Source: an uncultured Methylomirabilota bacterium (GTDB lineage Bacteria; Methylomirabilota; Methylomirabilia; Methylomirabilales; 2-02-FULL-66-22). From it: a DNA stretch of 64,000 nt. Positions 1-9,723 of this stretch are shown in pieces. Position 1 is the stretch's first letter. Each line of letters opens with the position of its first letter. A model generated the notes under the pieces. That model was not told where the DNA came from. It did no database searches and worked only from the letters and a program-made list of their open reading frames with translations. The stretch covers positions 1 to 64,000 of the forward strand of contig CAWJSJ010000005.1 of the NCBI GenBank assembly GCA_963845565.1, in the 5' to 3' direction. The position numbers and the translations under genes are program-made.

Positions 1-1455
1 GCGCAAGACCGGCGGCACCTTCATCTCCGCCAAGACCACGGAGGCCCCGAGTCTGGACACGATTCTGGAGCAGGCGGCCTCCCGCCAGCGGATCGACGTC
101 CTGTTCTACAATCGGCTGGTGGAGTGGGGCACCGACGGCGCCATCCATCCCGCCCTGGCCGAGTCGTGGACGGTGTCCCCGGATGGCAAGAGCTGGACCT
201 TCAAGCTCCGGCGCGGAGTGAAGTTCCACAACGGGCGCGAGCTTCGCTGCGGACGATGTCAAGTTCACCTACGAGAAGGTCATGGACGCCAAGGTCGGCT
301 CGGGCGGCCGGGGCTACTTCGCGGCCGTCGAGGGTATCGAGATCCCGGATAAGTACACCGTGCGGATCCACACCAAGGCGCCGACCGCGTCGTTGCTGGC
401 GGGGTTGGCTCGGAAACTGGTCGGCGATCGTTCCGCGGGACGAGGTCGAGAAGCGCGGGGATCTGCGGACGGACCGCCATCGGGACCGGTCCCTTCATCC
501 TGCAGGAGTGGGTCCCGCAGAGTCATCTGAAGGCGCGGCGGAATCCCGATTACTGGGACAAGGGCAAGCCGGTGGTCGACGCCATCGAGATCCGGATCAT
601 CCCCGACGAGGCGAGCATCATCGCCCAGCTCCGTACGGGCAACATCCACCACGCCATGCTCGAGGACAACAAGAACTACCTCCTGGTCAAGGACGATAAG
701 CGGCTCACCACACTCCGGACCTCGCGGCTCGGGTTCGACTGCCTGATGATCAATATGGGGCGGAAACCGTTCACCAGCGTCCGCGTCCGGCAGGCCCTCG
801 GTCTGGCCATCGACCGGAACGAAGTGCTCCGGTGGCGGCCTCGGGACTTGGCCAGGTTACCGGCCCGGCCACCCCCGCGATGAAGCCCTGGGCATTGCCG
901 CTCGATGCGTACAAGGAGTGGTACACGCCGAACATCGAACGCGCCAAGAAGCTGCTCGCCGATGCCGGGTTTCCGAGCGGGTTCAAGACCTCGATCCTGG
1001 CGATCCCGACCTTCCCGACGATGGTGGCGGGGGCTCAGGTCATCTCGGCGCACCTGAAGCGCGTTGGGATCGACGCGCAGATCGTGCAGCAAGAGTACGG
1101 TGTGTGGATCAAGAACATCATCAAGCCCAACTTCAACTTCGACCTCTCAATGCAGCTCACGAATGGCGAGGCGGATCCGGACTCGCTCTTCTTCCGCCGC
1201 TTCCATGGCAGCGAGCAGCAGTGGACCAATGGCGGGGATCCCGAAGTGGACGCCCTGCTCGACCAAGGGCGGGCTACCATCGACCGGACCAAACGCAAGG
1301 AGACCTACGACAAGGCTCAGCGCCTGATGGTCGAGCGTGCTCTGGCGATCTGGACCTTCTCGCCCGATCTGATCGAGGTCGTGCAGAGCAGCGTCCAGTA
1401 CGAGCAACACTTCACGTCCCTCTTCTATAACTTCCGGACGGTCGCGCTCGGCTAG
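1..1455 (+). CDS. ABC transporter substrate-binding protein, peptide/nickel family 5 (5'-truncated by window edge, several apparent frameshifts)
   Basis: Family-5 motifs spread over successive frames (LAESWTVSPDGKSWTFKLRRGVKFHNG; GTGPFIL; VRQALGLAIDR); frame changes near 243, 410, 475 and 830; followed by two permeases. Confidence 0.85.
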
Positions 1456-1473
1456 CGTCCGCTACCGTCCGCT

Positions 1474-1507
1474 ACCGCCAGGCCCCGGCCAGCCGGGGCC
1501 TGGCGGT
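1474..1507 (+). terminator. GC-rich stem-loop after SBP gene (mRNA-stabilising or attenuating hairpin, no U-tract)
   Basis: ACCGCCAGGCCCCGGC-CA-GCCGGGGCCTGGCGGT perfect inverted repeat. Confidence 0.6.
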
Positions 1508-1520
1508 GTTGGGCCACGAC

Positions 1521-2471
1521 ATGTTCCGCTACGCGATAATTCGCACCTTGTCCCTTCTCCCGACGCTGCTTGGCGTTACGCTCGCGGTGTTCCTCCTGAT
1601 CCGTCTCATCCCCGGCACGATCGTAGATCAGATGATCGGCACTGAGGGGAGCTACAGCGAGGAAACGGTCCGAGCGCTGCGGGCCTTCTTCGGCCTGGAT
1701 GTTCCGATCCATGTGCAGTATGGTCGGTGGCTCTTGTCGCTCCTGCAGGGCGATCTGGGGACAAGCTGGCGCACCGGGATCCCCGTCCTTCAGATGATCC
1801 TGAGCCGGTTCGTGGTGACCGCCGAGCTGACGGTGGGTGCGATGGTCGTCGCGCTGGTTTTCGGCATCCCGCTGGGGATCCTCTCCGCCCGACGGGAGAA
1901 CACCTACCTTGACCACGTCGCGCGAGTGGTGAGTCTCTTCAGCCTCTCCATCCCCGTCTTCTGGCAGGCCACGATGCTGATCCTGGCCGTCTCGCTCTGG
2001 CTCCACTGGGCGCCTGCCGTCGCGTTTGTGAGCCCCTGGACCAACCTGCGCGCCAATCTCGCCATCATGGCGCTACCCAGCTTGGCGCTCGGCACGGCCG
2101 TGGCTGCGGTCTTCATGCGGATGACACGCTCATCCCTGCTCGAGGTCATGCGCGAGCATTACGTGCGTACGGCGCGAGCGAAGGGCGTGTCGGAGCGAAC
2201 CGTCGTCTGGGTCCACGCGATGCGGAACAGCCTGATCCCGCTCATCACGGTCGTCGGCGTCCAGGTGGGCTACCTCCTCGGTGGCGCGATCGTCACCGAG
2301 GAAGTCTTCACCCTGCCGGGCGTGGGGCGATTGATCCTCTGGGCGGTGTTTCAGCGCGACTACCCCTTGGTTCAGGGCACCATCCTGTTCGTCAGCGCAC
2401 TCTTCATGCTAGTCAACCTGGCCGTGGATCTCGTCTATGCGGTCATCGATCCGCGGATTCGCTATGGCTGA
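1521..2471 (+). CDS. Peptide ABC transporter permease (DppB/OppB-like)
   Basis: Hydrophobic; EAA-loop YVRTARAKGV; C-terminal DPRIRY. Confidence 0.93.
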   Translation: MFRYAIIRTLSLLPTLLGVTLAVFLLIRLIPGTIVDQMIGTEGSYSEETVRALRAFFGLDVPIHVQYGRWLLSLLQGDLGTSWRTGIPVLQMILSRFVVTAELTVGAMVVALVFGIPLGILSARRENTYLDHVARVVSLFSLSIPVFWQATMLILAVSLWLHWAPAVAFVSPWTNLRANLAIMALPSLALGTAVAAVFMRMTRSSLLEVMREHYVRTARAKGVSERTVVWVHAMRNSLIPLITVVGVQVGYLLGGAIVTEEVFTLPGVGRLILWAVFQRDYPLVQGTILFVSALFMLVNLAVDLVYAVIDPRIRYG

Positions 2472-3333
2472 CGACATGACCGCCAAGTCAGCCATCGGTT
2501 GGCGCAGCGTCGTCCGTCCAGGGCTGAGGAATCGGCTGGTCCTGTGCGGGATGGCGATCGTCTTGCTCCTCGTGGTGCTCGCGGTGTTCGCGAGCACCAT
2601 CGCGCCGTACGACCCCACCGAAATGAAGGTGATGGACGCGCTGAAGGGGCCGTCGAGCGCGCACTGGTTCGGGACAGATCGTTACGGACGGGACGTACTG
2701 AGCCGGACCATCCACGGGAGCCGGATTGCCCTTGGTGTGGCGCTGTCGAGCATGAGCGTGGCGTTCGTCGTCGGCTCCGCTCTCGGTCTCGTTGCCGGCT
2801 TCGTCGGCGGGTGGTCCGACCTTGCGATCGGGCGGGTGATGGACGTCCTCTTCAGCTTCCCGACGCTGGTGCTGGCCGTCGCAATCTCGGCCATGCTCGG
2901 TCCGGGGCTGGACAACGCGGTGGTAGCCATCGCGGTGGTCTACGTCCCTCTCTTCTGCCGCGTCGCTCGCGGCCCCGTTATGGCCGAGCGGGCGCGCGAG
3001 CACGTGTCGGCGGCGATCGCCCTCGGCGCTGGGTCCGGCCGTGTGATCGTTCGCCATATCCTGCCGAACGTCTTGGCGCCGCTGATCGTGCAAGCATCCG
3101 TGGCGCTCGCCTTTGCGATCCTGACGGAAGCGTCGCTAAGCTATGTCGGCCTCGGGACACAGCCTCCGGATCCATCCTGGGGTACGATGCTGAACGAGGG
3201 GCGAACCTACCTCGAGACCGCGCCTTGGATGAGCATCTTCCCGGGATTGGCGATCATGCTCGCCGTGTTCGGATTCAACCTCTTGGGCGACGGTCTTCGC
3301 GACATGCTTGACCCAAAGCTGCGAGGGCGCTAG
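2464..3333 (+). CDS. Peptide ABC transporter permease (DppC/OppC-like)
   Basis: HWFGTDRYGRD, RHILPN, PSWGTML, NLLGDGLRD motifs. Confidence 0.93.
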   Translation: MADDMTAKSAIGWRSVVRPGLRNRLVLCGMAIVLLLVVLAVFASTIAPYDPTEMKVMDALKGPSSAHWFGTDRYGRDVLSRTIHGSRIALGVALSSMSVAFVVGSALGLVAGFVGGWSDLAIGRVMDVLFSFPTLVLAVAISAMLGPGLDNAVVAIAVVYVPLFCRVARGPVMAERAREHVSAAIALGAGSGRVIVRHILPNVLAPLIVQASVALAFAILTEASLSYVGLGTQPPDPSWGTMLNEGRTYLETAPWMSIFPGLAIMLAVFGFNLLGDGLRDMLDPKLRGR

Positions 3334-3575
3334 TGTCGTCGCGACGTCGTTGACGATGTGCGGGCCTCAGCTCAACGCCCTCCGACGTCTTGTCGCCTTG
3401 TCGAGAACCGCCCGGCGTTGCTTCGGGTCGTCCCGCCTGCGACGAGACTCGCGGACCGGAGCCGGCCAGGGGGTACCCATGCACAGGATGGGTCTGGCGC
3501 AGCGTCCTCGGGATGAGAACTGAGGCGCTAGCGACGTGATGACTTTGGCGAATCGGTGCCGGGCACAGGACACTA
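3331..3575. mobile_element. Putative MITE with TA-GTGTC...GACAC-TA ends (IS630-like termini)
   Basis: TAGTGTC at 3331 and GGACACTA at 3568-3575; internal inverted segments GCCTCAG/CTGAGGC; similar size and ends to the element at 29682. Confidence 0.5.
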
Positions 3576-3730
3576 GGTCGCGCGATCGTCTGGCGGAGCA
3601 CGGGTTCTCGTTGGGTTTGACCTGCTCGAGCTGCCGGCGGGGGCGAGATCCGGAAGGCCCCGGGGCAACTCCATGGTGAGTGCCGTACGCGCTTGTTGCG
3701 CCCAACATCACATCACATAGAGGTTCCATC

Positions 3731-4974
3731 ATGGTGTGTCCAAAGATGTTCCGCGTGAGGCAGGAGTTGGACGGCCCCAGGCTCCCCGACATCCCGGCAG
3801 CCGTCCGAGCATCGATCGAGTCGCTGCGCCTCCGGGATCTGGTGAAGTCGGGCCAGACCGTGGCCATTACGGCAGGCAGCCGCGGCATCGCCAACATCGA
3901 TCGCATTACCCGGGCCGTGGTGGACCAAGCGAAATCCCTGGGGCTCAAGCCCTTCATTGTCCCGGCCATGGGTAGTCACGGGGGGGCCACCGCCGAGGGG
4001 CAGTCCAAGGTTCTGGAGCATTACGGGGTCACCGAAACGACGATGGGGTGTCCTGTCAGGTCCAGCATGGAGGTGGTGGAGGTTGGCAAGACCAAAGGCA
4101 CCACGGTCTACTGCGACAAGAACGCCTGGGAGGCCGACCACATCGCCGTGGTGGGCCGAGTCAGCGCCCACCCGGACTTCAGCGGCGAGATCGAAAGCGG
4201 CCTGTTCAAGATGATGGCCATCGGGCTCGGGAAGCAGCACGGGGCGGAGAACTACCATCGAGCCGGGCAACACTACAGCTATGCCGAGATCTTCCCGCTC
4301 GTGGGGAGAACCGTCCTGGACACCGGCCATATTCTCTTTGGGTTGGGCATTGTCCAGAATGGCTATGGCGAAACAGCCGCGGTGAAGGCCCTGCTCCCGC
4401 TGGACTTCGAATCCGGGGAGAAGGCCCTCTTGAAAGACGCCAAGGCCTGGATGGCCCGATTACCCTTCGAAGCGATCGATCTCCTCATCGTGGACGAGAT
4501 GGGGAAGAATATCAGCGGCGCCGGGATGGATCCCCATGTCATTGGGCGGCCCGCTATCCAAAAACCGGCGGGAAAACCGACCGTTCGTCATTTGTTTGTT
4601 CGTGATCTCACTCCGGAGAGCGAGGGGAACGCGATTGGCATAGGGTTCGCCGATCTGACGACCTGGCGGCTCGTCAAGCAGATCAACTATGCGGCCATGT
4701 ACATGAATGGGATCACCTCGAGCGATACCCACGATTCAAAGATCCCGATGGCCTTCGACACGGATCGGGACGCGATCCAGACCGCCCTGCACATGAATGG
4801 CCTCACGCCTCCGGCGCAGGCGCGCGTCGTCCGGATCAAGAACACGCTGCACCTGACCGAGCTGGAATGCTCGGAGGCGCTGCTGGCCGAGGTGACCGTT
4901 CACGACCGCCTCACGCCGCTCACGGATCCGGCGCCGGTCCGTTTGATGGTTCGGGGAATCTGCTGCCGTTCTGA
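3731..4974 (+). CDS. LarA/DUF362-like lactate racemase-domain protein
   Basis: VAITAGSRGIANI, PAMGSHGGATAEGQ, ESGLFKMMAIGLGK, DEMGKNISGAGMD, RIKNTL; probable 1-nt loss near 4940 giving the natural end FDGSGNLLPF* (ORF track runs to 5041). Confidence 0.8.
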
Positions 4975-5092
4975 CTGGGTGCCCTGGGTGAACTTGGCGG
5001 TTCAAGAATTTCGGATTGGGTTTGGCGCTCGATTTACGTGACGGGCGTTGAATGTTCGCGTTGTCACTTCTCACCGACAGGAGAACGGCACA

Positions 5093-6136
5093 ATGAAGTA
5101 TCGGTTCCTCGGATCGTCCGGTCTGCTGGTCTCGCGCATCGCGCTCGGCACGCTCAACTTCGGCGCTCCGCAGTGGGGATGCGACGAAGCGGAGGCACGC
5201 GCCATCCTGCAAACGTTTTTCGACGGGGGCGGCACCTTCATCGACACGGCCAACGTCTACGCCGGCGGGTCGGCCGAGGAGATCGTGGGTCGTTTTCTGC
5301 GAGAGGTACCTCGGGAGCGGATCGTCCTCGCCTCCAAGGCGTGCATGCCGGTGGGGAGTCAGCCCAACCTCTTCGGCGCCTCGCGCAAGCACATCCTGGC
5401 CGCCTGCGAGGCCAGTCTGCGGCGCCTCCAGACCGATTATCTGGACCTCTACTACCTCCACGGCCCCGACCCGGTCACGCCCCTGGAGGAGACGTTCCGG
5501 GCCTACGACGATCTGGTCCGGCAGGGAAAGGTGCGCTACGTCGGCGTGAGCAACCTGTTCGGGTGGCAGATCGCCACGGGGACGGGGATCACGCAACGGT
5601 TGGGGCTCGCGCCCCTGGTGGCGGCGCAGTACATCTACAGCTCGATCCACCGGGAACTGGAGCAAGAGGTGATCCCGGCCGCCGTGGCAGGCGGAATCGG
5701 CCTGACATGCTACGGCGTCTTCGGCGCCGGCCTCCTGGCGGGGAAGTACAAGGGGATGGCCGACCCGCCCAAGGGAACCCGGATGCAGCTCCGAATGCAA
5801 ATGGACGGGGCGCGCTTCTGGCATCCGAAGGGGCACCGGGCCGCGCAGGCCATCCAGGCCGTGTCCGAGCGGACGGGAGTCCCCATGCCCAAGCTGGCCA
5901 TCGCCTGGCCGCTGGGCCGGAAGTTCGTCAGCGCCGTGGTCCTGGGGATCAGCACGCGCGCTCAGATGCTCGAAGACCTGGAGGCGGCCGACTGGGACAT
6001 GCCCCGGGAGGATTGGAACGCCATCGAAGCTGCGACCCGGCCGGCCGAGGACAACCTCACCTGGTTCAACCGGCAGAACTACCAGCGCGTCCTCACCGCC
6101 GCCGAGTTCCACGACGAGCGAGTTGACCTGCTATAA
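5093..6136 (+). CDS. Aldo/keto reductase
   Basis: LGTLNFG, FIDTANVY, SLRRLQTDYLDLY, GKVRYVGVSN. Confidence 0.93.
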   Translation: MKYRFLGSSGLLVSRIALGTLNFGAPQWGCDEAEARAILQTFFDGGGTFIDTANVYAGGSAEEIVGRFLREVPRERIVLASKACMPVGSQPNLFGASRKHILAACEASLRRLQTDYLDLYYLHGPDPVTPLEETFRAYDDLVRQGKVRYVGVSNLFGWQIATGTGITQRLGLAPLVAAQYIYSSIHRELEQEVIPAAVAGGIGLTCYGVFGAGLLAGKYKGMADPPKGTRMQLRMQMDGARFWHPKGHRAAQAIQAVSERTGVPMPKLAIAWPLGRKFVSAVVLGISTRAQMLEDLEAADWDMPREDWNAIEAATRPAEDNLTWFNRQNYQRVLTAAEFHDERVDLL

Positions 6137-6168
6137 TCCGGCACGCCCGGCCGGAAACACGGACAAAC

Positions 6169-6211
6169 AACCCACAGGATTCGCGAACACGGTTCACGAA
6201 TCCTGTGGGTT
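6169..6211. repeat. Near-perfect hairpin, family shared with 18002 and 18194
   Basis: AACCCACAGGATTCGCGAAC-ACG-GTTCACGAATCCTGTGGGTT. Confidence 0.7.
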
Positions 6212-6468
6212 AGGAACCCTTCGTTAGCGCTCTCGCGACGCGAGACATGAACGCCCTGCTGGGATAATGACCGGTAGGGCGTTTGTATTCGCGGACGATT
6301 CCAAGTCCGACAGCGTTCGTGCGACGATGGCGCGGGCGTCTTGGGGCCAAGGCGAGCAGAGCGATTCGCGCGGCACTGTGCAAGCGCTCCGTCTTCCGTG
6401 TGGAGTTGGTCGCTTCGCCTCATGACGAGGGGGAATGCGTATGAAGGATCCGTAGTGCGTTTTCCTAC

Positions 6469-6494
6469 TTGACAGAATTTATACATTATATAAT
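6469..6494 (+). promoter_or_regulatory. Promoter-like region with AT-rich palindrome upstream of GntR gene
   Basis: TTGACA 6469-6474 and TATAAT 6489-6494 (spacer only 14 bp); palindrome ATTATATAAT 6485-6494 is a candidate autoregulatory operator. Confidence 0.5.
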
Positions 6495-6504
6495 CCTTGA
6501 CGCC

Positions 6505-7152
6505 ATGACCACGGCGAAGACGAGACAGGAAGCCGCCGTCGAGGCGTTGCGGGAAGCCATCGTGGATGGGGTGTATGCCCCCGGCCAGCGGCTCCGGCAG
6601 CAGGAACTGGCCGGGACGTACGGGTGCAGCGTGATTCCCATTCGGGAGGCCCTCCATCAGTTGGCGGCGGAGGGTTTTGTGGTGCTCGATCCGCAGCGCG
6701 GCGCTCGGGTGGCGGCGTTCGACAGCCGGATGTTGGAAGAGATCTTCGAGGTCCGAATCGCGCTGGAGCGTCTCGCCCTGCAGCGTGCGGCCGATCGGAT
6801 GACGCCTCAGGTGGCTGAACGGACCCGCCGCATCCTGGAGCGGATGGAACGGCCGGGCCTGTCAGCCGGCGACTGGGTCCGCCTGGATTGGGAGTTTCAC
6901 GACAGTCTCTGTGCCTGCGCAGATCAAGAGTATCTCCGAAAGACCATTTCGACGCTCCGGCGACAGATGGAGCCGTACCTGCGGCTGGACCTCGCCAAGG
7001 TGGGCACGATCGAGTACGGCCGGCGGGAGCACCGCCGGATCTTTCAGGCGTGCGTGCGCAGGGACGGGGAGGCCGCCGGACGTCATCTCGTCACGCATTT
7101 GCAGCGCACTGTCCGGGGATTCATCCGGTACCTCCGTCTGCACACAAAGTAG
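6505..7152 (+). CDS. GntR-family transcriptional regulator (FCD domain)
   Basis: wHTH with PIREALHQLAAEG; FCD motifs EFH and EHRRI. Confidence 0.93.
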   Translation: MTTAKTRQEAAVEALREAIVDGVYAPGQRLRQQELAGTYGCSVIPIREALHQLAAEGFVVLDPQRGARVAAFDSRMLEEIFEVRIALERLALQRAADRMTPQVAERTRRILERMERPGLSAGDWVRLDWEFHDSLCACADQEYLRKTISTLRRQMEPYLRLDLAKVGTIEYGRREHRRIFQACVRRDGEAAGRHLVTHLQRTVRGFIRYLRLHTK

Positions 7153-7229
7153 ACACTTTACGAGCGAGACCAGGTAGACCGGGGGTGTGCACGTCGGGGA
7201 GGCCAACCCGCCCCTCCGAGGTACTGCGA

Positions 7230-7340
7230 TTCGACGTCGATCCTGGCGTCACCGCCGTCGTCATCTCGTAACTGGTCTGGCTGATGACGGTCCTGCTCTG
7301 GCCCGAACTGGTGAGATGGCTTCCGTCGCCGGCGCACCGT
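7230..7340 (+). pseudogene. Probable remnant of a TRAP DctM 3' end
   Basis: Reads VTAVVIS*LVWLMTVLLWPELVRWLPS, resembling DctM C-termini in this window (LIAYWPDVIMWLPNL). Confidence 0.4.
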
Positions 7341-7420
7341 AAGTCGCTTTGCTGGGCGGCGGGGGGAGAACGGCAAAGCGGACTCGAAGACCACATCAAA
7401 CGCAGAAGGAGGTCGCAACC

Positions 7421-8419
7421 ATGAACAGGTCCCGTTCGATTGTGCTGATGGTGCTCGCAGCCGCTGTCTTGGCCTGGGGGGTGTTGCCCATTCACGCGGC
7501 GGACCGGAAGGTCCTCATCAAACTGAGCGATCAGGTCAACGAGCAGAACCCCCACTACAAGGCCCACGAGTTTTTCGCGAAGACCGTGGCGGAGAAGTCC
7601 GGCGGGAGTATCGAGGTCAAGATCTTCCCGAACAGCCAGCTGGGAAGTGCCCGGGAAGGACTCGAGGGAGCGCTGACGGGAACTATCCAGGCCGTTAAGG
7701 TCACCTCGGGGGAACTCAGCACGTATTCGCCGAAATTCCTGGTGTTCAGCCTGCCCTATATCTTCACGAACAAGAAGGAGGTTTTCGCTGCTCTCGACGG
7801 GAAGCTCGGTGACATCCTGAGGGCCGAACTTGAGAAGCAGGGGTTCCAGTTGGTCGCATTCTTCGACACGGGCTTCCGGAGCATCTTCAACGGAAAGCGG
7901 CCGATCAAGACCGTGGCCGATCTCAAGGGCCTGAAGATCCGGGTGATCAACGATCCAGTCATGATCGAGACCATCAATACCCTCGGCGGTCTCGCCACCC
8001 CCCTCCCGTACGGGGAGCTGTACACCGCCCTGAAGCAGGGTGTTGTGGATGGTGCGGAGCAGCCGCCGGTCGCCCTCTACACCATGAAATTCTACGAGGC
8101 GTCGAAATACTTCTCCCTGACCAACCATTTCTACGATCTCAATCTGGTGGTCATGAGCAAGAAGTTCTTCGACGGAACGCTCTCCCCGGCGCAGCAGAAG
8201 GCGGTGCTGGAAGCGGGGAAGGCGACGGAGCAGTTCGAGCGGAATCTCTGGAACGAGCACGAGAAGGATGTCATCGGCAAGCTCCAGGCGGCGGGCATGC
8301 TGGTGAACGATCTCGACCTCACCCCCTTCAAGCAGGCGGCGGCCGCGATTGTGGAGAAGAACAAGGCAAAGGTCGGCGTGGAGGTTGTCGGCACCGCCCT
8401 TTCTTACGCGGGTAAGTAA
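7421..8419 (+). CDS. dctP: TRAP transporter substrate-binding protein
   Basis: Signal peptide; IFPNSQLG, DLKGLKIRV, ELYTALKQGVVDGAE; RBS AAGGAGG. Confidence 0.95.
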   Translation: MNRSRSIVLMVLAAAVLAWGVLPIHAADRKVLIKLSDQVNEQNPHYKAHEFFAKTVAEKSGGSIEVKIFPNSQLGSAREGLEGALTGTIQAVKVTSGELSTYSPKFLVFSLPYIFTNKKEVFAALDGKLGDILRAELEKQGFQLVAFFDTGFRSIFNGKRPIKTVADLKGLKIRVINDPVMIETINTLGGLATPLPYGELYTALKQGVVDGAEQPPVALYTMKFYEASKYFSLTNHFYDLNLVVMSKKFFDGTLSPAQQKAVLEAGKATEQFERNLWNEHEKDVIGKLQAAGMLVNDLDLTPFKQAAAAIVEKNKAKVGVEVVGTALSYAGK

Positions 8420-8426
8420 CGATGCG

Positions 8427-8456
8427 GGCCGGAGGCGGCCTGAGCCGCCTCCGGCC
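8427..8456 (+). terminator. Stem-loop after dctP
   Basis: GGCCGGAGGCGGC-CTGA-GCCGCCTCCGGCC. Confidence 0.6.
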
Positions 8457-8479
8457 ACGCTCCAGACGAGGACGTCACC

Positions 8480-9148
8480 ATGAAACTCTATCTCAATTCC
8501 TGCGAGCCGGGCGAGATCCGAGAGATCGCCCAGTGGGGGATTCTGGATGGCGTCACCATGAACCCAACCATGGTGGCGGCAATCAACCGGGATTATGTGC
8601 GGAACCTGAAGGAGATCTGCGCGATCGCCGACATGGACGTGTTCGCCCAGGTCGTGGCCGAACGGGCGGAGAAGATGGTGGAGGAGGCGAAGGCCTTGGC
8701 CGCCCTGCACCCCCGGGTGATCGTGAAGGTGCAGACCAATGCGGACGGCGTCCAGGCGATCGGGCACCTGAAGAAAGCTGGCATCCGGACCTGCGCCACG
8801 GCGATCCACTCCACGCTGGAAGCGATTGCCGTGGGCCGAGCAGGGGCGGACCACGCCGCGATCTTTATCGGCTTGCTGGGCGAAGTGGATGAGAACCCCA
8901 CCGAGCAGTTGATCGCGACAATCCGCGAGATCTACGACCAGCACGGCCTGCCAACCCAGCTCATGGCGGCGGTCCGGAGCGCGTCTCAGCTGGTCCAGAG
9001 CCTGGCTTCGGGTGCCGATGAGATCACGGCGCCCTATGGCGTCTGGAAGCTCTTTTTCCAGAACGGCCATACCCTGGCGCGCTGGAACGCGTTCGCGTCG
9101 AACTGGCGGAAAGCCTACGGCGACCGGAACTGGGTCACGGGTTACTGA
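8480..9148 (+). CDS. Transaldolase/fructose-6-phosphate aldolase family protein
   Basis: DGVTMNPT, Schiff-base Lys in IVKV, 222 aa small TalC/FSA size. Confidence 0.88.
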   Translation: MKLYLNSCEPGEIREIAQWGILDGVTMNPTMVAAINRDYVRNLKEICAIADMDVFAQVVAERAEKMVEEAKALAALHPRVIVKVQTNADGVQAIGHLKKAGIRTCATAIHSTLEAIAVGRAGADHAAIFIGLLGEVDENPTEQLIATIREIYDQHGLPTQLMAAVRSASQLVQSLASGADEITAPYGVWKLFFQNGHTLARWNAFASNWRKAYGDRNWVTGY

Positions 9149-9242
9149 GCGGGATCGGATTCCGCCCGGCCCCCGACCGGGAAGCGGGGAGAGAGGGCAA
9201 CGCGTCGACGGCGCATGCCGACGTCACCTCGGAGGGATACTC

Positions 9243-9722
9243 ATGACGGATTGGCTGAAACGGGCATGTGACAACCTGCTGGAACGGGTGGCCATGGCCA
9301 TGTTCCTGCTGCTCATTTTTGTGACCCTCTTCCAGGTGCTCTCCCGCTACATCTTTCCGGTTCCGATCTCCTTCACGGAGGAAGTGGGCAGGTTTCTCTT
9401 TATCTGGGTCTCCTTTCTGGGGGCCGCCATCGTCATGAACCGCGACCAGCACATCCGCCTCGACCTGTTTCAGGGGAAAGTGTCGCGGCGAACAAGTGAT
9501 GCGTTGCGCGTGGCCGTCTACGCGCTGATTGCCCTCTTCAGTGCGGGTATTTTGATCACCACCCCAACCCTCTTGGGGGTCGCGTCCCGTCAGACCGCGG
9601 CGGTGTCCCGGATGTCCATGGGAACCGTGTACGCCGTCCTGCCGCTGTCCGCCCTTCTGACGTTGGGGTATGCGATTATCCATCTGATCAAGACGGCCAA
9701 GGGTCTTCGAGGAGGGAGCTAG
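9243..9722 (+). CDS. dctQ: TRAP transporter small permease
   Basis: 4 TM; QVLSRY, EEVGRF, HIRLD. Confidence 0.9.
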   Translation: MTDWLKRACDNLLERVAMAMFLLLIFVTLFQVLSRYIFPVPISFTEEVGRFLFIWVSFLGAAIVMNRDQHIRLDLFQGKVSRRTSDALRVAVYALIALFSAGILITTPTLLGVASRQTAAVSRMSMGTVYAVLPLSALLTLGYAIIHLIKTAKGLRGGS

Positions 9723-9723
9723 G

